DNA from: Candidatus Heimdallarchaeota archaeon | GTDB lineage: Archaea > Asgardarchaeota > Heimdallarchaeia > Hodarchaeales > Hodarchaeaceae | Length of the DNA stretch: 64,000 nt | Assembly (NCBI GenBank): GCA_019057635.1 | Contig: DXJL01000156.1 | Location: 32,001 to 96,000, forward strand | Direction: 5' to 3' | Shown here: piece by piece, positions 31,832 to 41,232 of the stretch | Layout: each line of letters opens with the position of its first letter | How positions within the stretch are numbered: position 1 is the stretch's first letter | Translations under genes and position numbers: made by a program | The notes under the pieces: generated by a model | The model's database searches: none | What the model saw: the letters and a program-made list of their open reading frames with translations, nothing else | Told to the model about the DNA's origin: nothing

Positions 31832-32155
31832 GAATATTATAATCTTAGATAAATAATTAAGTTTCTTAGTCAGGAATTCATTCACAGTAACATTTGAAGA
31901 CAAGATCAGTTTTTTAATTTGCCACAATCATTTTACTTAAGAATGCTAATGTTTAAGGAAGTACATAATTCATTTTATGGGTCCACCTGAATCGATTGTT
32001 GATTATTCTCGCGTAAGAGTAACAATAATGATTCACCTCTAGTACACAAAGCGGGAATGACTTGCCAGTCCAGCAAATCATTCCCAATTCTCCATAAATC
32101 CTTTTTATTATAAATTTAAAAATAAATTAGCTGGATTACACTTCAGGAAAATCAA

Positions 32156-32512
32156 TCAACGCATAGCAATAACGTCTATCATTAATCCTGCATTTAAAGG
32201 TAGCGCAGCTGCTTGTAAAGTTGATCGAGTTGGAGGGTCACTTGGGAATGATTTTGCATATTCCTCATTAACTTGTTTGAAATCCTCAATATTTGTGAGA
32301 TATATTGTAGTTTTGACCACATCGCTCATAAAAGCACCCGCATTCTTTAATAAATTTTCTATCTTCTTCATTATTTGTTGTGTTTGAACTATAATGTTTG
32401 CATCTAGGTCAGTGGCAATTTGTCCTGAAAGAAAGATAAAATTTGTTCCTGAAGCAACTATCGCTGGAGAATATGGTCCAACAATCTTTCCTGTTTGAAT
32501 TATTTGTCGCAT
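32156..32512 (-). CDS. ridA: RidA/YjgF family imine deaminase
   Basis: GPYS.A, SGQ, VVKTT, N..Y...F....PTRST, LP. Confidence 0.9.
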   Translation of the reverse strand: MRQIIQTGKIVGPYSPAIVASGTNFIFLSGQIATDLDANIIVQTQQIMKKIENLLKNAGAFMSDVVKTTIYLTNIEDFKQVNEEYAKSFPSDPPTRSTLQAAALPLNAGLMIDVIAMR

Positions 32513-32530
32513 ATTATTTCATCTCAATAT

Positions 32531-32959
32531 TCACATTTTTTCTGGAAGCGATAGGAGTTTCAAGTTTGTTTCGGAATCTAATTCACGAATAACTTTAGGT
32601 TTGAATACCATGACAGAAAGCTCACAGGTAACCGAAATAATACACCCTGGTAAAATATGCCCCCCCACACAAGTTCCATCGACTCTACCAAAAATTCCAT
32701 GAAGATGAACAATTTGGTTCTCTGCAATATTACCAATTATCGACAGTACTTCAAGATTTTCTTCCAAAATAGTTTCTAGATATTTTTCTCCGTTAAAAAA
32801 CCCATATATTGCTTGTGATACAGCCCCTATCCCATAAATCGACCCAGCTCCAATATCTGGATGTTTCTCACAAAACTTTTCTAATGATAGAAGTAGATCT
32901 TCACCTTTTAATAATCGTATTAAGAAGCTATATTGGTGTGTTTGTCGCATAAATTCCAT
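32531..32959 (-). CDS. DUF296/PPC domain protein
   Basis: RL..GEDL, GIGA, E..S..GNI, HLH, GGH. Confidence 0.9.
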   Translation of the reverse strand: MEFMRQTHQYSFLIRLLKGEDLLLSLEKFCEKHPDIGAGSIYGIGAVSQAIYGFFNGEKYLETILEENLEVLSIIGNIAENQIVHLHGIFGRVDGTCVGGHILPGCIISVTCELSVMVFKPKVIRELDSETNLKLLSLPEKM

Positions 32960-33201
32960 AATTTATCAACGCTACGTGATGTCTATATTCGGGAAGAATA
33001 TTTGCGAAATTATAAATTTATTCTGTAAATAAAAAGAGTTTTACACCTCAGAGATTTAATTAAAGAGTAATCCTTGTGCAAAGTATCAATTGAGTATAAT
33101 TTGAACCACAAAATTTTTAAATAATAGATCGTAGAAGTTCCTAGTAGTGGGAGAATTAAGAAATAACCCTTCTTCCGAGATTTCGCTCAGGTGCTAGAAC
33201 C

Positions 33202-34179
33202 ATGAAGATTCATTGTGATAGTGATTGCCGACCATGTGTCTTTGAAGGGGGGCCAAGTCGTGATATTTCAGATCAATTCGAAGCTAATTATTGCCCTACC
33301 TGCAGGAAAGCTTTTTTCTGTGATGTAGGAGTAATTCAACACTTCTCTGCCGCTAGTAGCGTTTCCTATTCTTGTGTGGATTGCAATACTCCTCTACTGA
33401 CAAAATCTCTTGAAGAAATTAGTATGCTTCAAGCTCGTTTCTCCTTGAAGAATCAATCACATTCTAGTCGTCTCTCTTATAAACAAAAATTTATTCCCAA
33501 AAAGGATTTAGCGTCTCTTAAATCGCTTTCAATGTTATACGATATTAAATCTGTAAGTACTTATCACCGCTCACTGATTGATGAAATCCGTCATATTTCA
33601 GGGTTATCACCACAGGTTATCAGAAATTTTGCCCGGGAGTATGGGATTAGCGAGACGATTATTTCTAACCTATCTGGAGAACGAGAAGAAATTCTTCTCA
33701 CACTTGCCAGCTTACAACCAAAATTCATTGAAATACTGTATGCAATAATAATTGGTCGCGATCCTTCTATCGAAGGAGGAATAGCGTTAAGATTCACTGT
33801 TTACTCTGAAAATATTGGAGATATTGTTTTTATTCAGCCATCTGGGGCATTAATAGAAAGCGGTCCATTTGACCTAATCGCTTATGATCATCAAGGTATG
33901 ATGATTTGGATTTTTTGCATACAAGAAACTGTCGATATTGACGATATAAGTAAAATCGTAAGCCCAATATTAAATCAAACATTAGATGAATTTAAGGGTA
34001 TTTCAAGTATTTATATTGTCGCTCAAGCATTTTCGTGGGTATCTAAACAAATTTTAAAGAAATATCAAGGTATTATTATCAGAGAGGGAGAAAAAACACG
34101 AACTATTCCTTTCAAGTTATGGACTGAGGAAAAAAAATCAGATCAAGCTCAAATCTTATTTAAATCGGAAATCCTCTGA
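33202..34179 (+). CDS. Hypothetical protein with Cys-rich (RING-like) N-terminus and degenerate PD-(D/E)XK-like C-terminus
   Basis: C..C..C, CPTC....FC, H, CVDC; C-terminal GPFDLIAYD....IWIFC. Confidence 0.55.
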   Translation: MKIHCDSDCRPCVFEGGPSRDISDQFEANYCPTCRKAFFCDVGVIQHFSAASSVSYSCVDCNTPLLTKSLEEISMLQARFSLKNQSHSSRLSYKQKFIPKKDLASLKSLSMLYDIKSVSTYHRSLIDEIRHISGLSPQVIRNFAREYGISETIISNLSGEREEILLTLASLQPKFIEILYAIIIGRDPSIEGGIALRFTVYSENIGDIVFIQPSGALIESGPFDLIAYDHQGMMIWIFCIQETVDIDDISKIVSPILNQTLDEFKGISSIYIVAQAFSWVSKQILKKYQGIIIREGEKTRTIPFKLWTEEKKSDQAQILFKSEIL

Positions 34180-34195
34180 AGGCGTGTGAGTTTTT

Positions 34196-34726
34196 TTGTC
34201 TTCCCCGACACAAGTAAATGGTTTTCATCCGTATTATAAAATAGTATTCCTTGGAAAACAAGGAGTTGGGAAAACCTCAATTATAAGAAGACTAGTTGCT
34301 TCAAATGTTGATACAGAATATGTACCTACTCTTGGAATTTACTATTATAATTTAGAATTAGAGTATCAGAAACACAATTACTATCTCCAATTCTGGGATA
34401 TATCTAATAGCTTGGATTATCAAATAAAGAACTTCTTGCAGAATGCAGCAGTCGTCGTATTGATTTTTGACTTTGCTGATAGGGAATCCCACATCTATGT
34501 AAATCAGGTTTTTGAGACTATTAAAGAAGCAAACCCCTTCATGAAATTCCTTCTTGTTGGAAATCGATCAAAAGGGGAAAAAGAAAAACCTCCCAAGAAT
34601 TTGAATAATTTAGTGAATGAACACAATTTAACAATATACCCTATGTCCCCTCAAAATAACTCGGGGATGTCTTTGCTATTACAAGCAATTGTACATGATC
34701 TACCTCGTCCTACCGAGAGAGATTAG
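34196..34726 (+). CDS. Degenerate Rab-like small GTPase
   Basis: G1 GKQGVGKT and G2 PTLG intact; G3 is WDISN and G4 is GNRSK. Confidence 0.85.
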   Translation: MSSPTQVNGFHPYYKIVFLGKQGVGKTSIIRRLVASNVDTEYVPTLGIYYYNLELEYQKHNYYLQFWDISNSLDYQIKNFLQNAAVVVLIFDFADRESHIYVNQVFETIKEANPFMKFLLVGNRSKGEKEKPPKNLNNLVNEHNLTIYPMSPQNNSGMSLLLQAIVHDLPRPTERD

Positions 34727-34732
34727 ATCCTC

Positions 34733-35134
34733 TTATTTCCATTCCTCTTCATCATTTGGTAAGCAAGAGGCTTGGACAATTTCACACTCCCACCAGCGTG
34801 TACCAACTTCAAATGGGCAGCTATCATCCGTGATTTGGCACTTTCTCTCCTCTGTTAAGTATAAACAAAAACTTGACATTGTTAGACGTAGATTCATTTT
34901 CCCTGGTGCTTCTCCCATCTCATACTTCTTTGATATGGTTTCCTTTATTTCTTGATAATTCTGAATCTGTAAGGTGGTGATAATACTTCCAGTTTTAAAA
35001 GTAATTCCCCCAGCAAGAGAATCATCGAATTCAAGAAATTTAAATAACTGTCTTTGCAGATTATCAAGAATTTCGTCATCGATATCCATTACGCCCATGA
35101 GTTGTAGCATTTCGCGCAATTTCTTTCTAAACAT
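34733..35134 (-). CDS. Hypothetical protein with C-terminal Cys cluster
   Basis: CLYL....KC.I....CP........C motif; ORF fills the gap. Confidence 0.6.
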   Translation of the reverse strand: MFRKKLREMLQLMGVMDIDDEILDNLQRQLFKFLEFDDSLAGGITFKTGSIITTLQIQNYQEIKETISKKYEMGEAPGKMNLRLTMSSFCLYLTEERKCQITDDSCPFEVGTRWWECEIVQASCLPNDEEEWK

Positions 35135-35303
35135 CCAACTTTACACCAGATATTTTATGGGGGAGGGAGTAAAATAATCATAAATCCCATTTTCTACGTA
35201 TGTATCATGTACGAGATTATATTTATAATATTGCTAACGGATTCGGTACAAGAATTTTTGTCTTTCTCGAAAACTTTTTCGATTCTCTAAAGGTGTTACA
35301 ATT

Positions 35304-38171
35304 TTGACAGACCATGATTTTCAACCAGTTGCATGGGTTTCACTCGCCTCTCTATCAGGATTAAGCCTGGTGTCTTTAGGACAACCAGGATTAAAATCTG
35401 TGGACGAACAAGTATATACAGGTGGTTTAACAGCTGTACAACAGATGTTGGGTGGAGAAATTGGTGGAGATACGAGCCGTTTTGTTGGGGGCAGTCATAA
35501 CAATAAAACTGGGAGATTTCTTGTAAAAACACCTGATTATGAACTTGTTGGCCAGTTTTTATTAATTTCTCGTCAGCATATTGCCGTAGCGCCTGTTCTT
35601 GTCGAGTTTTATGAGCAATTGGTTACATTCTTTGCTGAGGAGACCCTAAAAACTGATCTTGTTGAACGTGCAGAGAAGGAATTTACTGCGTTTGGAATCT
35701 CGGATGTTTTAGATTTCTTTCTGAGTAGTATAAAGAAAGCCAGGAAAAAAGTATCAATCCCTCATAATGATAATCTTTTCAGTCAATCACTTGAAGAAAG
35801 CCTTGAAAAATCAATCAGTGATTATGAATACTCTGCTTCCTTGGTTAAAATTTCAAATCTAAAAGGAAAGTTTCATGAAATTGTTCCAACGATCCAAGCT
35901 GAAAGAAAAGATCTACTAGAAAAATTTACACATGAATTAATGGAATTCCTGGCAAGTGAATATCCTCACTCGGTTGTAATGTATTCTAAAGCGAGTTCGC
36001 TTCTAAAAGAAGTAAGAAAGTATGTTGAAAGAAACCTGGGTACTTTCAAATTTGATGCTGCATTGCAAGAAGTGATCCGTGAGTTCGAAGAGAACGATCT
36101 TCGAATGTTTCTTGAAGATATTTCCTTACATGAAGTTACTAAGAAAAACCTTCGTTCTCGTATTGAAGATGCGATTTTTCGTAAATATCTCAAAGAGTTT
36201 CCCCTTTATTTTTTAGCAAACCCAGAAATAACCTCCTTTAACACCGAAGTAGGTCATTTAACGACACGAATAAACGAAAATTATGATATTGGGGGTACAC
36301 TATCGCGAATTGCAGAAAAAATGATCGAAGATAAGATTTTTGCTAATTTACTAATACCTTACATAAGATATTTTTGTGAAGAATTTTCTGCAGGATTAAC
36401 TCCTTCTGCATGGAAGTATATGCAAATCGTTTTTAAATTAATAAGTAATGAAACAAAAATTGATATCTTAGATGTATTACCCGCGATGAAAGATGAAATT
36501 CCTCCTTCTCATTTCAGTACTATCGAAAAAATGATGACTAAATTCAAGTTGACCGGAACCAAATTATCTCCGCTTTCTTTCACAGTAAAAAAAGCCAGTG
36601 ATGTACTTCCTTTTTATCGTGCTCTTTTTTCGTCTCTTGCTTTCGGTGTAAATGCAGTTATCTCGGAATTAGCATTCAGTGAGGAGAACCCAAATAATCT
36701 GCTTGAAACATTGAATAAAAATCTTGATCTTTTAGCTCGTGATCTTCACCAATCTCATGGAATTTTCAAAGTATATTCCTATTTAGAGAGCGTCCAGTCA
36801 AAAGTCTCATTTTCTTTTGCATTCCCCGATGACAAGATTACTTCGGAAAAAATCTTGAGTAATCAGCTTACAATCGATGAGTTGATGCAATCGGTGATTG
36901 ATGCAAATGTGAAGAGCTTGTCAGAAGAAGGACAGCTTATTAAAAAGAAAATTACAGCGTTTCGTTCAGAATTCGATGATGAGATTAAGAATATTCTAAG
37001 ATATTTATCTCAAAAACCGCAGGATATTTCTAAAGGGTACCAACTCAAGATTGCTAAGCGACACTCGTTAAAATTTACTATAAGGCCCATATCCGAAGTA
37101 AATTCAAACATAACGAAAAATCTTTCTGAATTTGATAAATTAATGACAGACCTGCAAGAAAATCTTAAGAAATCGAAAAATGCTTCAAAAGAATTTGTAA
37201 ATGGAAAATTAAAAGAGCAGGAACTTAAAAAAGTTTTGAAGAACCAAGGATTTATCAAAGACACTGAGAAAGAATTCCGAAAAATTACTGAAAAAATGGA
37301 ATCAGCCGTAACAAAAAGTTACAGCAATGTATTATCTCTGGTAGAAAAGCAAGTAAAGGGTGTGTCAAAAGAAGCCTCAAAAACGTTTATGCAAGCCTGC
37401 AATTTCTTAAATATAAACAGAAAAAATCTTGCTAATCAAGATAGTAAATTAATTTCGGCCTCCTCTGCGTCAATGAAAAGCATTCAAAAATCTATCACAG
37501 AAAGTTTCGAAAAAGACCCATTCTTTGAATTTAAGAACGTAGGACGATATTATTTTTATGCAATATACAGATCTTTACCTAATAATTTACAGTCAGAAGT
37601 TTTAGACGCTCTTGTTACCAAAAAGAGTTATCCTTTTTTGAAAGAATCGATTACTAAAGTTACATCGTCATCCGATATATTCCGTAGTTATGCTAAAGTA
37701 TTAGAAACGCATGCTTATGAGCTCTTATCGAATGTGTTTAGTTCTTCTGGGAAACTTGTCGGAAAAAACGTATTTAAATCTGATCCAGAAGTTAAAATAG
37801 TAATTCAAAATAATATCCCTGTTCCAACACTTGAAGTGGGTTATCTTACAAATGAAAGGGCAGTTAAATCGTTAAAATCCCTTTATGGAACACGAATTGT
37901 TGTTGAAACAGAAAAATCAGAGAATAATGCCATTTATAGAATTTTACTTGTTGTTCCAAGTTTTAAAAGTGATTATAGTACAATGAAACATTTCTGGGAA
38001 ACCAAGGATTGGACCCTGAAAAAGACTGTAATTACTCTGAGTTGGTTTTCCTTATTAGCACAGAACAAATTCTATTTGGACCTTCTTCGTTTCTCATCAG
38101 ATTTGTATTCTTCAAGAGTCAGAGGATCACTTGAAGAAATATTTGATCAAATTGGAAAAGGAATGGTTTGA
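35304..38171 (+). CDS. Large alpha-helical protein with N-terminal longin/roadblock-like domain
   Basis: N-terminal SGLSL...DEQVYTGGLTAVQQML.GEI resembles the Asgard longin pattern; long helical and coiled-coil body. Confidence 0.6.
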   Translation: MTDHDFQPVAWVSLASLSGLSLVSLGQPGLKSVDEQVYTGGLTAVQQMLGGEIGGDTSRFVGGSHNNKTGRFLVKTPDYELVGQFLLISRQHIAVAPVLVEFYEQLVTFFAEETLKTDLVERAEKEFTAFGISDVLDFFLSSIKKARKKVSIPHNDNLFSQSLEESLEKSISDYEYSASLVKISNLKGKFHEIVPTIQAERKDLLEKFTHELMEFLASEYPHSVVMYSKASSLLKEVRKYVERNLGTFKFDAALQEVIREFEENDLRMFLEDISLHEVTKKNLRSRIEDAIFRKYLKEFPLYFLANPEITSFNTEVGHLTTRINENYDIGGTLSRIAEKMIEDKIFANLLIPYIRYFCEEFSAGLTPSAWKYMQIVFKLISNETKIDILDVLPAMKDEIPPSHFSTIEKMMTKFKLTGTKLSPLSFTVKKASDVLPFYRALFSSLAFGVNAVISELAFSEENPNNLLETLNKNLDLLARDLHQSHGIFKVYSYLESVQSKVSFSFAFPDDKITSEKILSNQLTIDELMQSVIDANVKSLSEEGQLIKKKITAFRSEFDDEIKNILRYLSQKPQDISKGYQLKIAKRHSLKFTIRPISEVNSNITKNLSEFDKLMTDLQENLKKSKNASKEFVNGKLKEQELKKVLKNQGFIKDTEKEFRKITEKMESAVTKSYSNVLSLVEKQVKGVSKEASKTFMQACNFLNINRKNLANQDSKLISASSASMKSIQKSITESFEKDPFFEFKNVGRYYFYAIYRSLPNNLQSEVLDALVTKKSYPFLKESITKVTSSSDIFRSYAKVLETHAYELLSNVFSSSGKLVGKNVFKSDPEVKIVIQNNIPVPTLEVGYLTNERAVKSLKSLYGTRIVVETEKSENNAIYRILLVVPSFKSDYSTMKHFWETKDWTLKKTVITLSWFSLLAQNKFYLDLLRFSSDLYSSRVRGSLEEIFDQIGKGMV

Positions 38172-38220
38172 CTAGAAGAAAAGAAAAGCTTCCTTCAGAA
38201 ATAGGAATGGCAAGTAGCTA

Positions 38221-38850
38221 ATGAAATGGCGAGAAAAATTCTCTGTAAGATCAAAACCTGAAGTATATCCTCCAAGTGAGGATACTTGGTTCCTTACAGA
38301 ATTCTTATCGGATTTTCTCTCCAGATATAAAATCGAGAAGGGTCTGTCGGGAATAATTTGTGAAGTAGGGATTGGAACGGGATATATTTTGATATGCCTG
38401 TATCTGGCATATCCCTATTTACGATTTTTTGGAACCGATATTTCTCCAATGGCGGTTTCATTGAGTATCGAAAATATCAAAGAATGGATTCCTGATAGTA
38501 ATGCTTATTTCTGCTGTGCAAGATATCTTGATTGTTTTAATCCTCAAAATTTTTCCCCAGATATCATATATTTTAATCCACCATATGTACGAACATCTTT
38601 TGACGAATACATTCAATCAGATTCTCCAATAGTTAGGACTTGGGCGGGTGGGCCAAGTGGAGTTATACCAGTCACCAAGTTTTTAGATGGACTTCATAGA
38701 TTCAAATTCAAGTACGCCTTTTTTCTCTCGTCATCATTAAATGACAACAGCGATATCATGAGGTACACTCAATTTCATATAGTGGAAATGGCGAGGAAAA
38801 AAATAGAGGGTGAGCAGTTAATATGCTATCAAGCGACCCCTCGCTCGTAG
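38221..38850 (+). CDS. HemK2/Mtq2 protein-glutamine N5 methyltransferase
   Basis: VYPPSEDT, EVGIGTG, FNPPY, WAGG..G. Confidence 0.88.
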   Translation: MKWREKFSVRSKPEVYPPSEDTWFLTEFLSDFLSRYKIEKGLSGIICEVGIGTGYILICLYLAYPYLRFFGTDISPMAVSLSIENIKEWIPDSNAYFCCARYLDCFNPQNFSPDIIYFNPPYVRTSFDEYIQSDSPIVRTWAGGPSGVIPVTKFLDGLHRFKFKYAFFLSSSLNDNSDIMRYTQFHIVEMARKKIEGEQLICYQATPRS

Positions 38851-38863
38851 TAACAGTACAATG

Positions 38864-39577
38864 TCAATTTTTTGTTAAAAAGTCCACTAGATTTTTCAAA
38901 GATTCTTGAGAATCCTCCAAATATAACAGTAATCGATCTTTTTCTTGGAATGGAAGTTCTATTGGTAGAAGTTTTTTCTTATACTCCTCTCTCAAGATTC
39001 GTAGAATGCGTACTTTAGGGATATTTACATGAATTAGAGAGGAGTTAATTAATTTTGGAGGAACGGGGATAGATATGATTGGAGGTCTACTTAGAGGTAA
39101 GTCCATTTTAGCATATAACTCATTTACTATTTGAAAAATATTATTTACAATGAGTATCTGGCCAGGTTTCTGACCTGATAAATATTTAACAAATGGTGGA
39201 GCGAATTGGGATAATAATATGACCTGTAAATCGCTACCTGTGACAAAAGACATTATATTTTGAATTATTACAGGATCTTCGTGAAGAATAATGACTTTTT
39301 TTGCATTTTGAAAACCCAGAGTTTCGTACAAATTTCTTTTTGCATATTCTTCCGTTTTTTCTTCATATAGCACATTTATCTGCGATTTTACTTCTTCTAT
39401 CCAGTTTAGTTTGATATCAGAAATTAAAGAAACTTTACTTTCAGCACCGATCTGGAGTAATTGATCGATAAAGGCCTCTGTAAAATTGTTGCTACCGAAA
39501 ACATAAAAATCACTTTGTTGTTCCACAGCTTTCTCAGCGAACTTACGGACTCTTCTTTTCTTAAAAAAACCCATCAT
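38864..39577 (-). CDS. Soluble RCK/TrkA-like domain protein (paralog of the adjacent gene's C-terminus)
   Basis: YVFGSN, NLYETLGFQNAKKVIIL and ILLSQFAP align with NLYEIIGFKNATRVMIL and ILLSQYAP of the next ORF. Confidence 0.65.
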   Translation of the reverse strand: MMGFFKKRRVRKFAEKAVEQQSDFYVFGSNNFTEAFIDQLLQIGAESKVSLISDIKLNWIEEVKSQINVLYEEKTEEYAKRNLYETLGFQNAKKVIILHEDPVIIQNIMSFVTGSDLQVILLSQFAPPFVKYLSGQKPGQILIVNNIFQIVNELYAKMDLPLSRPPIISIPVPPKLINSSLIHVNIPKVRILRILREEYKKKLLPIELPFQEKDRLLLYLEDSQESLKNLVDFLTKN

Positions 39578-40815
39578 AAATCCTCCTTTTCTACAGTATT
39601 CGCTTGGTTTAAACTGCTTTCCTCAGATTGACTTTTATCTTCATCTGACCCTTCAAGATTGATAATTTCGTGTGTATCCACTACTTTACTTTTTTTTACT
39701 TTTTTCTTCTTTTTTTTGTAAGGTAATTCCGTTACGACTCTATTAGTGCGTTTCATATCGAAATTACTGTAGTAATATACAATAATTCTATCATCAGGAC
39801 GCATTGATTCATGGGAGGGAAGAAGTTCATCTCCCCTGCGTATTAAAATAACTTCTAATTTGGGAATATCGGAGCTCATCGTATCTCCAGTTTTTCCGAT
39901 ATAAGTTCTAGGAATGTCTATCTCTGCTGTTTGGGGAAAGTCAAAATCTAAACTTAATGACAAAACAAGGCCTTGTACAGTAACGTCTAGATCTTCGATT
40001 AACGATAAGTTCTCATCATTGACTAAGTCACTAAAGACAAAATTAGGTGCATATTGTGATAGTAAGATTATCTCCACATCAGGTCTGACTTGTCTAATGT
40101 TTGTTAAGATGTTTTGATTTAGTTCTATACTTTCTGTTAGAATCATGACACGAGTGGCATTTTTAAATCCGATAATTTCATATAAATTTGGTTTTTCAAA
40201 TTCCTTCATGTCCTCAACCACGTATACATCAATTTGAGTCTTCAATTTCCGAATCCATAATAAATCCGAGTCAGCGATTAAAGAGACACGTTCTTCATAT
40301 CCATATCTGTGAACCATTTCAAAAAGAAACTGTTCGGCTGGTTTAGAGCTTCCAAAGATGTATGTGACATCTTTTCGGGCGTTGACCTTACCACGGTATT
40401 TATTTATCGGAGATTTTATCATCATCCTGATCAAAATTGTTACAATTCCAATAATAGCAGCAGCCCAACGAATGACTTCAGGACTAGTTAAAGAATCAAT
40501 CATCCACGACTGATACGCGCTTACATCAGTGGAACTATCAAGGATAACCATTAATAATGGTACAAAAATGAGGAAAAAAAGGAGAACAAGTATTATAAGA
40601 CCAAGCACTATTGAGAGAAGAATAAAGAGATCTGTCATTGGAATGAAATACTTTATTTCTCTATACACGACTCTTCGAATATATTTCAGATCTGCACGAA
40701 CAGCAGTTAAATTGAATTTCAGTTGACGTAAATTATCTAATAATGATCTTTTTTTTGTTGGAAGGGGTGTAGATTTTACATCAGTTTGAGTAGCAGTCAT
40801 TGTTTCACCTAACAT
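39574..40815 (-). CDS. Two-TM membrane protein with RCK-N/RCK-C domains (K+-channel-like, no TxGYG)
   Basis: Two TM helices, then YIFGSS Rossmann start and TrkA-C-like VILIRRGDELLP...MRPDDRI. Confidence 0.65.
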   Translation of the reverse strand: MLGETMTATQTDVKSTPLPTKKRSLLDNLRQLKFNLTAVRADLKYIRRVVYREIKYFIPMTDLFILLSIVLGLIILVLLFFLIFVPLLMVILDSSTDVSAYQSWMIDSLTSPEVIRWAAAIIGIVTILIRMMIKSPINKYRGKVNARKDVTYIFGSSKPAEQFLFEMVHRYGYEERVSLIADSDLLWIRKLKTQIDVYVVEDMKEFEKPNLYEIIGFKNATRVMILTESIELNQNILTNIRQVRPDVEIILLSQYAPNFVFSDLVNDENLSLIEDLDVTVQGLVLSLSLDFDFPQTAEIDIPRTYIGKTGDTMSSDIPKLEVILIRRGDELLPSHESMRPDDRIIVYYYSNFDMKRTNRVVTELPYKKKKKKVKKSKVVDTHEIINLEGSDEDKSQSEESSLNQANTVEKEDL

Positions 40816-40819
40816 TGAT

Positions 40820-41047
40820 TTAATCGTCTTTTTTTAAGGATGAGGGTGGTTTACCATCTCTCCATTCGAGCTCGTGCTTGAGGAGATCTCGAATAGCCAT
40901 GCGTATTGCTTCAGATCGGGAGCTATAAACCCCTCCTCTAACTAATTCATCTAAATCCTCCAGAAAAGATTTAGGAGCTTTAAAACTAATTAACTTCACA
41001 AACTTCACATCTGTATTAGTTATTAATTGCATTGAATCAGTTAGCAC
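40820..41047 (-). CDS. Ribbon-helix-helix (CopG/Arc/MetJ) regulator
   Basis: ISFKAP....EDLDELV..G.YSSRSEAIRMAIRDLL. Confidence 0.9.
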   Translation of the reverse strand: MLTDSMQLITNTDVKFVKLISFKAPKSFLEDLDELVRGGVYSSRSEAIRMAIRDLLKHELEWRDGKPPSSLKKDD

Positions 41048-41232
41048 TCATTATTTGTGGAGTTAACCACTCTGAATTAATTAATAAACAAGAACTAAAC
41101 CCGATTCGAGTAATAAAAATCGCGAATATGGAGGTTAATATTGTTAGCTCAAATATCGTTGATATCATGAAAGGTCATTTTCACAACAATAGCAAACTTG
41201 TTTGTGTTTTTGGATTAGGTTGATATTTCATT

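Noticed and set aside
32039-32095. Selenoprotein-like reading ATG GAG AAT TGG GAA TGA with adjacent hairpin (minus strand)
   Set aside because: The readthrough product is only about 18 aa with no redox motif, and the hairpin lacks SECIS features.
39680-39720. Long T-rich tract
   Set aside because: It encodes the lysine-rich tail KKKKKKVKKSK on the minus strand; low complexity only.
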